Part shown: in pieces, positions 12,906 through 26,800 of the stretch
Layout of the letters: the number at the start of each line of letters is the position of its first letter
How positions within the stretch are numbered: position 1 is the stretch's first letter
DNA from: Balanoglossus misakiensis
Taxonomy: Eukaryota; Animalia; Hemichordata
Assembly: GCA_040954595.2 (NCBI GenBank)
Contig: CM082581.2
Span: forward strand, 6,564,699-6,628,698
DNA: 64,000 nt
Reading direction: 5' to 3'
Translations under genes and position numbers: made by a program
Notes under the pieces: model-generated
Seen by the model: the letters and a program-made list of their open reading frames with translations, nothing else
Database searches by the model: none
What the model was told of the DNA's origin: nothing

Positions 12906-15065
12906 TTAATCCTGGGCCTGGGCGGCCTCCCTCTTCTGTTGATCCATGTACGCCTGGACTGACCTCCAGAGGGCGGTAATGTTACCGGCACCGAAGCCAG
13001 AGGCGCCGTGCCTTTGGATGATTTCCAAGAAGAAGGTGTTCTCCTCAAATATTGGCTGCGTGAAAACCTGCATGAGATACCTAGGGAAAGACGTAGAGAG
13101 AGAAATCACCTGTCAGTTTTGATCTTTGGGAACAGCTCAATATCTGATCTTGCAAAAGTGAAATCTATTACTTGCACATTTCCTTCACGTCTTACCTTTG
13201 TGCATCAGACGACACCTCACCATCAAACTCTCCTGCATCAGCCTCTGAATCAAGCAGTATTCCATAACTCTTCATCAATTCCACATTCTCACCGACATCC
13301 TGAATTTCCTTTAACTTGCCAATCTGTTGGTGGTGACAATATTAATTTATTTAAGTGGGCTATTCCATTTTGCTTCATATATGCAACCTGGTAAGGCATG
13401 GGTAAATTATGCAAGACAGTCTTTTGATCAGCTGGGAGTGAACACTATGAGAATGACACCCCGTTTTCTAGGGTAAAAAATGCCTCTTTTCCACTGAGGG
13501 CGCACTTCACAACTATCCCAGAAAGACTTCACTAAGTTGTTGAGGCAATGACAGGCTATAGAAAAAAGTCCCTGTTCAGAAAACATCACAATTTATTATT
13601 CATCCACTGAAAGAATGACCTTTGATCCCCACCTCAGAGTAGTAAGTTTCCGGAGGAACAATGACAGGTAGATTTTCATTCCTAAGTGTGGACACAGCAT
13701 TGACGATGTTTGACGTATGGAGACCAATATGCTGTATGCCAGGACCGCCATGATTCTCTATAAATGTATCGACTTGGTTGGGACCTGGAGGAGAGAAAGT
13801 GCACCATCAGATTATTACAAATGTATAAAAACTGTCCATTCAGTTTTCTGAGAAGTGCCAGAGTCAAGTGGACTGTATAATGTATTAATATCAGTAGGCT
13901 CCAAATATGGATTTGGGGCTACCAACTTTGGAAAATAAAAGTTAACTTCGAGCCCCGAATACTAATATTTAAATTTGCATGTACCTTGTCCTGGTAGCGG
14001 TTCCGCAATGACAATTTTGACATCTGGAAGATCAGACTCTGTCTCTTTCGCAGGTGAACAAAGGTGTGTCTCGGCACACCTCCAGTATTGCATTGCCTTC
14101 AGTCTCATTCCCATATCGTCCCCCTGAACTAAGAAACCATCATCGACGTCCTCAGTCCTGCAATAATCATCAAAAGTGAATTATTGTCAGTGTCAGTGTA
14201 CAATACCATTTATTCCCCCAGGACCAGAACATGATATGTGAATAACACAAATGGTTAAGCACTTAAAACTATAGCCAGTCAACATTATTCAATTGGGCGT
14301 TTTGACCAGAGACCGGTTCATCAGCTTTTATCTACCGGGTAGTACACAAGACTATTGTCAGGATAACATTATTTACCTGTTCACAAGGAACCTCTTGTAG
14401 CCGAAACACTTCTCATAAAACTCCAAAATAGAGTCTGTCGTGCCATTAGGGCAAGCATATGTAACATGGTCAAAGTGAGATACCAACATATTATTTGAAG
14501 ACATGCCACTAGAAGAGGATTGTCTGACGGGTGATTGGTCCGTGAGTTTAAATCCTGGCAAAAATTTGCCTTTATACTTGGAAGTGTCGAGTAAAGAATG
14601 GACTACATCTCCAACGTTAGATTTCACCACAGCGTATCTGACGGTTCCCATGCCCATGGTATCATGCCAATCTGTCGGTTCGTGTAAAACACCTGCACCA
14701 TTGTCTCTAGCGCGATTGAGCACTTTGTCAACGTCCGTTACCTCAAATGCCACATCGACAACGGAATTAACGCATCTGTGTTGAGAACTTGAGCTTGGGG
14801 AAAGTGTGTCCTTCCTTGTTATAGTGTCCCTCGAACGATTTACCGGTTCATGGCCTTCCAGCACGGGTGACCCATGTACCGGGAAGGAATGTGTCCGTTC
14901 ATTAATGATAAATACCGCCGATCCGCTTCTAACAGCCCACTGGTTAAGCGACCCGGTCCGCCTTTCTGCAAACAACCTAAAGTGAAGACAGTTTGTAAAT
15001 TTCCGGAGCATCTGCAAGCCATTTTTCACGTAAAGTTGAACGTGATGTACACCACTGGCGGCCAT
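12906..15065 (-). CDS. HPDL: 4-hydroxyphenylpyruvate dioxygenase-like protein (about 438 aa, 5 exons)
   Basis: Exons 15065-14377, 14157-13985, 13784-13633, 13323-13196, 13080-12906 (1317 nt, in frame, GT-AG). Iron ligands in [15 protein letters not shown] and FFLEIIQR. C-terminal [15 protein letters not shown] and [19 protein letters not shown] fit HPDL rather than HPD (GNFxxLF). Confidence 0.9.
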
Positions 15066-15468
15066 GATGTAACCAGGGGTTAAGGGTCATCATGAATTAA
15101 AAGCTCCCTGGCTTGTCAGGAAAGTGCAGATTTGGCGTTTCGATTGCAAATTTATTAATGCAAATATGAAATTTATCAAGCAAACTGAGTTTTTATGACT
15201 AGAAAATGACTATAATACCACGAAAACTCGGACTTATGTATCACTGACAAAAAATATTCCCCAAAAGAATTACTTGGGCATCATTCTAAGCAGACAGATG
15301 CCTGAGTTAAAGGGTCTAAATTTTAGAAGAACGTAAGCGTGACCTCATAAAAGGTCGTTGCACGTTAGGGCAGTATCTGTGCGAAGCTTGTGTGGGCCGG
15401 GGGTGGGTACGTTACTAAGTATTTGAAACAAGCGCTGAAGGAAAAATTTGCCTGTCGGATTTCACAGC
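15066..15468. promoter_or_regulatory. Putative bidirectional promoter between HPDL and POLL
   Basis: Only 403 bp between divergent ATGs; octamer ATGCAAAT at 15158-15165; TGACCT-N6-AGGTCG at about 15340-15357; GC-box-like GGGGTGGG near 15400. Confidence 0.6.
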
Positions 15469-18400
15469 ATGAGTAATACGACTAACCGGAAAACATCTAA
15501 AAAACGAGAATCCTCCCGAGATTTCGAACCCCGGAAGAAAAGGGCGAAAACGGACGCCCCTCAACCTGTGTCATGTAAACAAACCAACGCACAGCTGAGC
15601 TCTGGTGATGATGATGGTGGGTTTTTGCGCGATATCAAAGTGTTCGTTCTCCAAGCTGGTCTTGGAAAGGCCAGGGCAGATATTTTCAGTAAGCAAGTCA
15701 AGAGGTATGGAGGCGCCGTCCATGATAAAATCACGGACGAGACAACGCATGTTATTGTGGATGAACAAATGGAAATTGACAGAATGCTGCGAATTCTCAA
15801 AATGGACACCCCTCCCACAAATGTCAGGTTTGCGAAGGCAAACTGGTTAAGCAACTGCCTCTCTGAGCGCGAGGTAATCAGTTTAGGAGATTTTGAACTC
15901 GGCATTGAAAAGTTTATCAAAGTTCAACAGAAGACACAGGAAACTCCCAAGGAAAAGAACAGTGAGGTCAAAGGTGAAGTTTCTGATGATGCTAAAAAAG
16001 ATGCGGTTGCCATGGAAACTAAAGTCAAGGACGAGGCTGTCCCTGGCACAAGCATGTCAAACATACAAAGCAGTAAAGAAGACAGAGATGACACAACATC
16101 CAATGCAAAATCAGTTCACAGTGCAGACGGCCAAGTCTTTGCTCCTGTCCGTCGCTATGACAGCGATGACAGCAGTTACGAGCCTAGTGATGATGATGAC
16201 TATGCTTCCACCTTAAGTACATCGGGTGTTAGTTCAGCAACTTCAACTCCAAATACATCTCCTCAGAAACTTCCAGTAAGTGTTTGAGGGACAATGCCCA
16301 TTCAACTGTGCACCTCATCAAAATAGCATGTATATTTTTACCAGTCCATTATTAATATTGTCAGTATTGTTGACAAATAAATGTAAACACTAGACTGTAT
16401 TTGTAAGCTTAATACTGGGTATAAAATGTTTATAAAATGGCAGTTGATAAATGCATTGTAAAGAATTTTATTTCGTTTTTGACATCTTAGAAAGGGAACT
16501 GGGTCTGTTCCAAAGCTGTCAGTAAAAAGCCGATAAATCACAACAAACACATCACCGATAAGCTGGAGGTAAGTGTTACAAGAAGTCTTTCTTTATCAGA
16601 AACTACTCTAGAGAGATGACAAATGTTGAAACATTGGTATGAATGATCACAGCGTTAATGTGTGTTTCTCCCTCTTAATTTTAGCTGCTTATGGAAACCT
16701 ATAAGAACACAAACGACCAGTGGCGAGCGCTAGGGTACTCCAAAGCCATCATGGCTTTGAAGAACTATCCCAAAGAAGTTACAAGCTGGGAGGTAGTAGG
16801 ATCTTCTTGTAAACTGTTTCTCTGTACGCTAACTGTCATATAAATTCTTTTAATCACATATTGTAGTCTCCAATTAGACTGAGTGTGATCATGTCAAATT
16901 TCTCCATTGTGTTTCTACATGTAGGAAGCAAATGAAATCCCTGGAATTGGAAAGAAGATGGCAGACAAGGTCTGGGAGATTGTTCAAAGCGGACACCTGA
17001 GAAAGCTGGATCATGTCTGTCAGGGTGAAGATGTGGCAACAATCAATCTCTTCAATAAGATTCATGGTGTGGGGCCCACTGTTGCCAGGGACTTCTACCA
17101 ACAGGTATCCATCATTTGCATATTTAATCAAGTTGCCATAACATTGCTTTGTTCCAGCAATTTTTCCAGAGGTGAAGTTTGACCTGGCCACTGAGAAATA
17201 GGTTGGTAGAATATTGATGGAGTTTTTATTCACCCGCAGAGTAATTTACTACCGGTAATAATGATCATCGTATTTTTCAGGGTTTCAGGACAATAGATGA
17301 TTTGAGGGAAAAGGCCAAACTGAGCAAACAGCAGAAGATTGGGATTAAACATTTTGAAGACTTCTTAGACCGGATGCCAAGAGAAGAGGCCGCAGAGATT
17401 GAAAAAGTTGTAAGCAACACACTTGGCTCTGGCCCAGTGAGCAAAATGTGAATGCGAAATATGCATGTTAAATTATTCCAAGCCAAATTTTGATTGTAAG
17501 AACCAACTAATATTTTATGAAGTAATGCAAAATATGATTGTCTCATTTTGTAGGTAGTTGACATGGTCCATTCTATCAACCCAGGCCTGATAGCAATGGC
17601 CTGTGGGTCTTATCGCCGTGGGAAACCAAACTGTGGCGATGTGGATGTTCTGGTTACCCATCCAGATGGCCATTCTCACAAGGGGGTCTTTCAAAAAATT
17701 CTGGCAGGGCTCAGGGCTACAGGTAATACTTTATTTTCATCTTCAAAATCACACACACACAAAAGAATTGAAGTATTGAGGGAAATTTCTGTGATTAATC
17801 CCAACCTGAGCATTTACAAATTTGACTGTCAAACCTGGGACATTGTCCTTTTTTGTGTTTTGCAGGTTTCCTGACAGATGATCTGGTGAGTCATGAAGAC
17901 TCGGGTGAGCAGAAGAAGTATCTTGGAGTGTGTAAGTTACCCGGTGAAAATAGAAAAGTGAGTACATTGTACAGTGTTGCTGTTCTGTGCTTAGAGCATC
18001 TCCTCATCATAGTTGCTGAGAGGTCTGCATGAAAAAGTACAAGTACATGACTTGTTTTACTTTCTACGATAAATTACCAAGTCTCGCAAGATTTCGAAAT
18101 GAGCATAAATTCATCTATTCTGCTGAAAGTATGATTGACTATTCATCATCATGACTGTTTACAGTATCGCAGATTGGATATCATAGTGGTGCCGTACCAT
18201 GAATATCCGTGCGCCATCATGTATTTTACTGGTTCAAGCCACTTCAATCGATCCATGAGATCTTTGGCTGGGAAAAAGGTAGGTCTAACCTTCTGTTTAA
18301 CACATGACTGGATTATCTATTGTGGCTGCCAGTTTGTTCGTACACTGATGCTCTGCAGGACTCATGCACCATTACCGTTTTGAGAGTATGTGCTAGCGCC

Positions 18401-18830
18401 ACCAGTGGCCAAACTTTTGACTTCTCTTGAATTTTAACTAAAATCATTCACATCTTCCCCACCCCCATTGGTACCCCTGTTCCAACCTCTGCCCCAGTGA
18501 TCTACAACGGCACACTGGGTAATTGTAGTCAGAGGGTTCAAGGTACTGTATATGTCACCTATGCAAATTTAGTCACAGTCATTATTGAAAGGGGAGATCC
18601 CAAACCAATCACAAATTTGCATTTAGTCATTTCTGGGATTAGGAAAGAGAATCTCCTGTGCTTTATTGCCACAGGGAATGTCCTTGAATGAACATGCATT
18701 GAAAAGTGGCATCATCCGTCGCGGGCGAGAAAAGATCAATGAAGGTTTGTCGATTCCTGTCAAGTCCGAGGAAGACATCTTTAGGATACTGGGCTTGGAG
18801 TACAGAACACCAGAGGAACGGGATTGGTGA
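15469..18830 (+). CDS. POLL: DNA polymerase lambda (family X; NLS, BRCT, Ser-rich linker, 8 kDa lyase and polymerase domains; about 610 aa, 9 exons)
   Basis: Exons 15469-16275, 16491-16568, 16685-16792, 16925-17104, 17281-17409, 17554-17722, 17866-17957, 18165-18278, 18675-18830 (1833 nt). Motifs [14 protein letters not shown]...WLSNCL (BRCT), [75 protein letters not shown], terminal ERDW*. AATAAA at 19505-19510. Confidence 0.96.
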
Positions 18831-19944
18831 AGACTTCCTTGTCATTTTGCACACTTTTTGCATTTACATTTGCCATTACTGGCAAAAATTAAAATAACGA
18901 CCTGTGACCCCGATGAAATTAGCATACATATTGGACAGTGATTGCATGAGAGAAAAATATTCAGCACTTCACAAAATCAATGATATGAAGAAAATTTACA
19001 ACCATTTTATCACTTGTACAGTAGATTTGATGTCTAAAATTGAAGTTGAGTAGGCTATGAATGATTCAATGGATGCCTGTGTATTGATGAAATGAAATGA
19101 ATCTTATGTAGAGACAAACTAGAAACCCTTTTATAGGAATTTTACCAGCCTTTAATGGAAAACCTGTGATTTGATGAACTAAAAACATTTTTAAACTAAC
19201 ATTTTAAATGAATTCTGTAAATATCCATTTTATCAATTGATTCTTGTGAAATGGCAATGAAATCTAGAATTTTACTATAAATTGTATATATTTTATACCG
19301 TTTCTAGCTGATGAGCAGATTTTAAGACTTTGTCTTCATGTACTCATGTCTATCACTGTCTGTTTTACCCTATTTTATGATGTGTCTGAAAATTAATTTA
19401 CCTCTAAGTGTTATGTAGTCATTTTGTTCATTCAGTAACTTTAAGTACTTCATAAGATATTTCATTTAAATTGTTTTGTCCTGTTTGGTGTTGCATGATT
19501 ATTTAATAAATTTTCTTTTGACAAGCAAAATGATTATCGTCGAATCTTTCTTGGATAATCAGGTGCTAACCTGATAATGGTGCAGCCATTCCACAAAAAC
19601 AATGCCACTGTGGTAGAACCAGTATTATGACACTGTAAACCATTCACTTTAAGAGGTATCTAGTTGCTGGACATCATAGTGGCAACTGAGCAGTCAATTG
19701 CTTATAAATCTAGTGCAAATGTATGGGTTAGCTTGATTATTAGGCAGTATGTTTTCCTTCCCTTTTTCTTGAAATCTGTCCCCGAACAATACGCCCTCTA
19801 TCGACAACATTGTGTTCTGGCCAAAACCAGGCCAAAAACAGTGGAGTGACCATTTTGCGAGTTGCCACAAAAGTAGGGCAAACTTTGATTTGCGAATCAC
19901 CCAGACTTTATCAGTTGCAAACTCTTGTTTAACATTCTACTGGG

Positions 19945-20844
19945 ATGGCTGGACCAATGAGTTGTATTGAGGTAAACGGATACTTATTTCTACCGTATTT
20001 TGACAAGCAGAAACTGGAAGACCGCGTCGTGGACACTTTCAACTTTCGACGCCATGATGTGGTGGTCAGTGGTTTTCCGAAGTCCGGCAATACGTGGCTG
20101 ATAGAAGTTCTGAAATCCATGTACAGCGACTGGGGGCTCGTCCGCATGGACGGCGCAGCCGAGGCAACGATTGTCGAGGAGCGCACGGTGTTCAAAATTT
20201 TCCCGGGGATACGGAAGCGAGTCGTGGAGACGACCAGTCACGAAGACCTGCCGTCGCCGCGGCTGTTGCGGACACACCTTCCGGCGACGATGTTCCCCCT
20301 GCAGGCCGCCAGAGACAAAGGCGTCAAGGTCATCCACATCAGCCGAAACCCAAAGGACGTGTGCGTGTCCACCCACCACTTTTTGAAGGCTTTCGTCCAC
20401 GGCGCCTACTCGCCCGGCGATTTCGAGCAGGCAGTCCGCGATTTCGTGGAAGACCGAATCCCGTACTCGCCTTGGTTGAAACACGTCGCCGAGTGGTTCG
20501 AGCTGGGAGAAGATGACGACTCTGTCCTTCACGTCACGTACGAAGAGATGAACGCAGACTTGCGAGGGGCCGTGAAGAAAATCGCGACTTTTCTCCAGCG
20601 CCCCTTGACCGACGGAGACATCGAGAGGGTCGTGGCATCCACCACAGTCGAGGCAATGCGACATCGCCTGTCCGAATTCTTTATCGTGGACCAGGTGCTG
20701 ATACCCGAAGATCAAAATCCATTCGTGAGAAAGGGCATTGTCGGTGATTGGAAAAACCATTTTACGCCAGCACAGAGTGAACTTTTCGATACTAAAATCG
20801 GGGAGAAAGTCAAGAAAATAAACCCGAACATTCCCTATCAGTGA
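19945..20844 (+). CDS. Cytosolic sulfotransferase (SULT family), single coding exon, 299 aa
   Basis: 5'-PSB loop SGFPKSGNTW, catalytic His in RLLRTHLP, 3'-PB RNPKDVCVS, YEEM, C-terminal RKGIVGDWKNHFT; AATAAA at 21286-21291. Confidence 0.93.
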   Translation: MAGPMSCIEVNGYLFLPYFDKQKLEDRVVDTFNFRRHDVVVSGFPKSGNTWLIEVLKSMYSDWGLVRMDGAAEATIVEERTVFKIFPGIRKRVVETTSHEDLPSPRLLRTHLPATMFPLQAARDKGVKVIHISRNPKDVCVSTHHFLKAFVHGAYSPGDFEQAVRDFVEDRIPYSPWLKHVAEWFELGEDDDSVLHVTYEEMNADLRGAVKKIATFLQRPLTDGDIERVVASTTVEAMRHRLSEFFIVDQVLIPEDQNPFVRKGIVGDWKNHFTPAQSELFDTKIGEKVKKINPNIPYQ

Positions 20845-23800
20845 AAACACGTCACGACGACTCCTAGTTTTTATATTATGGTGTATAATTGGGAAGGAGT
20901 ATTTATGACTGGTACAATTAAAACTTGGTGAACATTTTCTACCCGTTGGTTTTTTGCTACCAATTGGGTTGGTGTAAAAAAGGATTTTCTCTGAATTTAC
21001 TCCAACATTTATCCCCGGAATTTCACACAACTGTCGGGGACATTGCTTGAAATGCTGAGATTGGGAGAGTTTCACGTCCACTGGTGGGTACAGTATAGTC
21101 ACTTGACCGGACTTTTCATTCACTATTTCGCCGTGTCATCATGGCGTAAATGGCGTGCGCAAATAGGTCAGTGTACTTCTTAGGGTTACGGCAACTTCGT
21201 TTGTTCAGGCAGGGTGACGTGTGACCTGTGAACACCGACCTCGGCTCATAGCTACTGAGCCGCAATGATTATAACCACGTCCAACAATAAATCGTATTAT
21301 TAAAATCTGTTTTGGAATTTTGAAAATTATCACATTGTTCTGTGCCGTATAAAGTTGGTTTGGATGAAATGTTCACTTCTTCCTCGTGTAGGCGTTTTTC
21401 TTATAAATTTACGATCACGATTAAAGCATGTGGAAGATATGGCGCATATCATGCATTTAAAGACCTATATTTGTTGTTGACGTGTGCTTTTCTATAGATA
21501 TAACCAATAGTACTTTTGTATATGAACGGAACTGTTCTTTGAAACATGTTCAGTTGTGCATAACATGTGCCCTTTAAAACTTCACTGGTGTTACGCAAAG
21601 TCCGGATCACCGAGAGAAAGTGGTCTGGGTGAAAAAAAGACCCTTTTCGTCGCGGTAGATCGGTATTTCAAAATGTGTGTCCGCCGGCGCTGTTCTCGAC
21701 GAGAATCTGTTTACGATCGAATACAATCAAATCCAATAATACTCGTCGGATACCTTTGACGATTTTTACCCCACGCAACTGGATAGGACGTGTTCGCACG
21801 CATCGAAGTGTCTGTCTGAGACACTCAGACAGTTTTTGCACCGATTTTACTGGCGTGCCCACGCAGACTATTATCCCGTAATCTTGTCCATTCTCAAATT
21901 ATATGCTCTTAAATGACAAGATTTGCAGGGAGCATGTGTAGATTCAGTGAAGCCAGCATAATCTTAGCCTATTTTGAACACGCTGCGCCATATTTCGCCT
22001 CTGACATTAGAAATCACAATAAAGCAGACGACAAGCGTCACCGTTAGAACACGATTTCAAAACATCTGTTTGTGTCACGTTGTGGAACCTGTCGACATAT
22101 TTGTTTCTTAACGTCCAAAATACATGTACGTTTTCAGATAATAGCTGTAGGGCTAAATTTAGCGGCCCTGGGGATAACAGCAACTTTCGGAAGCAATGCA
22201 CCTGGATAATTGTACAGATGTATATGTCTACGTGCTTATTTTCCTCTTCTGTGCCCCGAGCTAACGCTCAGCTCTTGCTAAAATGTCCAACTCATTACAG
22301 CCCAATTTCGAATATGATAGACAATATGACAGAGCGCGTTTGTGAAAGAAGTCGAAGATGTGTCTTGTTTTTTGGTCTTGTGTAATCCGGTTCCGAGTCA
22401 GGGTGTAATCAACCATAATCGCCGGGGTTGCAAGCGAGGCATTTTCGGAGATAGAGTAGACAATAATATGGAATTAACCATATAGCCATATAGTACCCTA
22501 GGCTTCTTTACAACTTCATGTACAGGCACATTGCCGTAGCGATGCCTGTCTGTCTTTTTGGTCCGCCCGTGGGCGCTAATTTTCGAAGAGGGCTGTTCGC
22601 ATTGGAATCGTGTGCGAGTATGAGTCCCAACCCAGCAAGTCAAAGTATAAGTACAAAGTATACAACCACTATACACTGTACATCATGACAAACAAAGTAT
22701 CGTTAATACTTTCTACGATAGACAGTACTGTCTATGTTTCTACCACATTAAGTTTCTGATTAACTTGATCAAATATTATTGGATGGCAGGGTCCATCTGC
22801 AAGTCTGGACAATGGGGAACACGCCGCGATGGCGTGTTTATCATTAAACAGAAGAGAGTCACACTCGTGCAGTTCATACGTGAATATTTCCCCGTTGAAT
22901 AAGTATCTGACATGCATTGCATGTAAATTGACTGCCGGTTGAATACAGGAGGAAAAGGCACATCGCGTCATCAAAACACTTTTTTGTAAAATGTCAAGGC
23001 TCAGAAATACGTCTTTTGCCCAAAACGAGTCACAATATTGAAGCGAGATTGATCAAAATAGCTGGAAGGTGTTTATCATGTAGATTTTGCTGTTACTTTT
23101 ATCGCGTTTGTGACGGTTTCCCTTTGCTAGAAACATAGAGAATATTTAGATTCTGAGATGGCTTTAACAATTCGTGATCAGTGTACAGTCGGGTTAGAGG
23201 CAAAGACGTAGGCATACGCGAGTTTTAAAAGCTACAGCGAATTATTTTCTTTATTTTGCTTATATAAAAGAAAAGCCTGCTTCTCTGGGTATTACATCAT
23301 ATTCCACCATATTTCTTTGCGGCAAAGGTTTCTTATTTGTCGGGATAAAACTTGCATATGCAGCTCACGGAGCTTCAACTGAAACTTGGTGCGTGGTGCA
23401 GTGCTCAGTGGACGACAAGCGTTCCCGAAAAACAAGCAACCATTAAACATAAAACAAACAGAAGAACAATTACACTGCACGGCACATTCGCCACAAAATC
23501 GTAGTGCATCCCAGAATCTTTGTATTGATACATTTTACCGGTAAGATAGGGACGTCAAAACTATTTTACGGTGGTTCGTTCTATACTACATGTAGAATAG
23601 ATTGGGGTCATGGATAATGATTTTGAGACCGCGCAGCTCGCTATCTATATTATATATATCGCATGGAAGTTAAATTAGAGTAAAGGGTTATAGCCGATAC
23701 AATAATTTTAGCTCTGTGTGCCATATTGCATGAAGTCGTGATTCACTCCGAAAAACATTTCGACGATCGCTCCAATGATGATAAATTATGAATGTGGAAC

Positions 23801-26800
23801 TGAAATCTGGTGCGGCGTCAAACGTGCGTACCCCCATTCACGCGGTGGGTTGCTCTACTTCGCAAAATAGGCTATCGCTATACGATTTATAGGCGAATTA
23901 ACTTTTCACGCTTGATAGCTTGCAGTTACTTGAAAGCATTTATCAGAGTGCGAAATGAAGAGTGCTGCTGACCTGGTCTTACATGTAACAGAGCATAGGC
24001 GACTATGAAACGGTGCCAATTGGAACGGCTAATATGTCCCTATGCCGGAACTAATAAGGACCGACTCTATTTTCTGCCTCACCTGGCTTGACGTAAAAAA
24101 GTACACGCGTTCGTAATCACAGAAGTTTCCAACTTCAAGATTGTACCAAATGCAACAAGCCCTACTTAGCTTCGTCTACAATGCAGCTGTTTTTTCCTTC
24201 GACAGGATAAAACTGGACATCAGTTACCACAGATTAAAAAAACAGACAACATGATGCGGTATACTGCGTAAAGAGAAAATTACGTTAAATGCGAAAGATT
24301 GTACCTTTGGCACTGAACAGAAACAGCTTCAAATCCTGCTCAGTTATCTCCATATATAATGGACAACTTAGGTGAAAGATTAATAGAAGAACATTCCCGG
24401 CTTTGGAAGGCTAAGGTACGGGTCAGTATCAATACGAGTGAATGGCGTTCGGCAGACGCCAATTGGTGTGGATTGTCGAAGTCAAGCACACCACATTTTG
24501 CAAACCTTGGGCAGTTTTCTGACTGGTTTACATACGACTCTGAAAATCAAGAAACACTTGGGGGATTATCTTACACATAGGTACAGTCCTGTGCTTACAG
24601 TAAATAGTCGTTTTGATGAGGTTTACCGGCAGAGAAGTACATGTACACCTAGACACTTCAGTCCCTGTGACTGCCAAGGGGCGTTTAGTGGTGCACTCAC
24701 GAACGCACTCCATTATTTCTGTCTTTAAAGCCATTTCTTGGCTGCTCGCTGTCCCCCAGCTGCTCGTTCCTGATTGTCAAATCCCCATTGACACCTTAGA
24801 GGGGTCTGAGTGCTCACCAGACGCACACTCTCGCAATTGGAAAGTGATTTGTTATTCCGTTCCTTATCACTAGAATAGGTCACACGAGGAAACGTTCCGA
24901 TTTCAACCAAGGGGAGACCGGTGATTAGCTTCAAGATCAAGAATTAGTTTCAAAAATGGATCAGGGAACTCGACAACCCCCCCCCCCCCCCCCATCAAAT
25001 TAAAGTTCGTATCTGACTTCACAATTCACTGCATTTTCGTGCTATCAGTTCTAAAAACTGAATTCAGCCTACCGCTTTCCTTTATGGGTATAATTTATTG
25101 TGAAATGGGGGAATATATCACATAGCTTAAGTTAAGCTCAACAAGTGCCTTCAGCATGTAGTCAAGGTTTTTTTTTTCTCCTAGCCAAATTAAAGATTTA
25201 ATGTCGATTGCAATGCATTATCGGATTTGCGTACTGCAATATCACGACTTGACCTGTAGCAAATTTCAAAAAGAAACCCAGAACGCAGAAGAAGATCGAA
25301 ATTGAATCCCTTGAAAGTTTCTTGGGAAAAAAGAAGGCCATGCTAATTCTGGAGGCAACTTTACGTGTGACATTTGGCATTTAAATTTTATCATGGTCTT
25401 ATTACACATTCGCGGGACGCCATGACCCGTGTTACCGTTGGGGCTTGACACACATATACTGCATGACGTCATTTGTTCGAATTTACACTTAGGTTCAATC
25501 GACCTTTCTCTGTTGAAAGTTTCTGATGGAACACATTACGATTCAAAGCAATTACTCGCACATCAGCCCAATACAGGAATAGATTGCATTACATGTACTA
25601 TTCATAGTTGTGCCGCACACTGGACTGGACGACCGCCACCCTTTACGTGAAATATCAGTGTTATTGATAAAGGTTGTTGACTGGTAAATAACGGACAGAA
25701 TTTCCTAAAGCAAACATCGTGACTGAAAATGTTTGATAATGAAAAGGGTACGTTCCTTCAAGCATGTTCCTCGTTGTGCTAATGCATATAGTTGGGTAAT
25801 GCAACCCTATTAAAAATTCGCGTAACTCAGCAGGGCAAATGCGTAGCTTAAAAGCCATTTATATATCTTTTAGCCTGTTCTTGTACACACGCTCGATAAA
25901 AGGGGATCCGAAGAATATATATTTAACATCGAGAATTTTCTCCGGTGATATAGGCAGGGTATTGTCAATCGCCTATTACACACCACATGAAAACGACGAC
26001 AGAGAAAAATTTAAGACCTGGGTGCGTTTGCACACCTGGGATTATGTACAGCAGACATAGACGCTGTTATTATCGGCATCGGTGGTACACGTTTACGGCG
26101 TCAAGCTATAATAGTTCATAATGTCGCCTTCACAAAACGCTTCTGTACCATGCTGTAAGTTTGCACAGATTCTGAATGCATGTCCACACTTACATCACAT
26201 ATTTTGCGTCCCGCTCGATAATAACAGCGTCAATCGGCTTGTATTTTATGAGATTCGAGCGCCCACCGCACTAAATTCACAGAGCAAGCAAATTATAGGC
26301 GCAATTTGTGGCAGACCCGTGTGGTTTAAGATTTATGTAATGGGCGCGGAATTGGATATTTTGTGCGGTTATATCACATAGTCGCAGTGTGTGTGGGTTT
26401 TTTTGTGTTTGCAGTGACAATCTGTTAGCCACCCACTGCTACGGTGGTATATTACGCGGGATTGTGTGTTCAGATCTCTGCTGGATTGAATGAAGGCTCG
26501 CAGTGCTTCCATGTGATAGAGGGACTGTAAATGGCTGTTGCAAGGCAATTTGTGACGGCACTCTTCGGAGTAAATGTGTCGTCGTCGTGAGAACGCGTCG
26601 TGTCACTGACGACCGAGATCCGTTCGAACAGCGGTAGCGAACAAAACAGAACACGACAATGGGGAATCCTTTTATAGAGTGGAGATTTTTTTGGATAAAT
26701 GTCAGGAAACCAAAAGTCTTCCGATGTGGCAAAACGGCAAAGAGGCGGTACGTGTGACTGCAGAACAAGAAAAGCTTAAAGCTTTCACGAGGAATGGATT

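Noticed and set aside
19990-21123. 377 aa minus-strand ORF
   Set aside because: Antisense shadow of the GC-rich sulfotransferase; no recognisable motifs.
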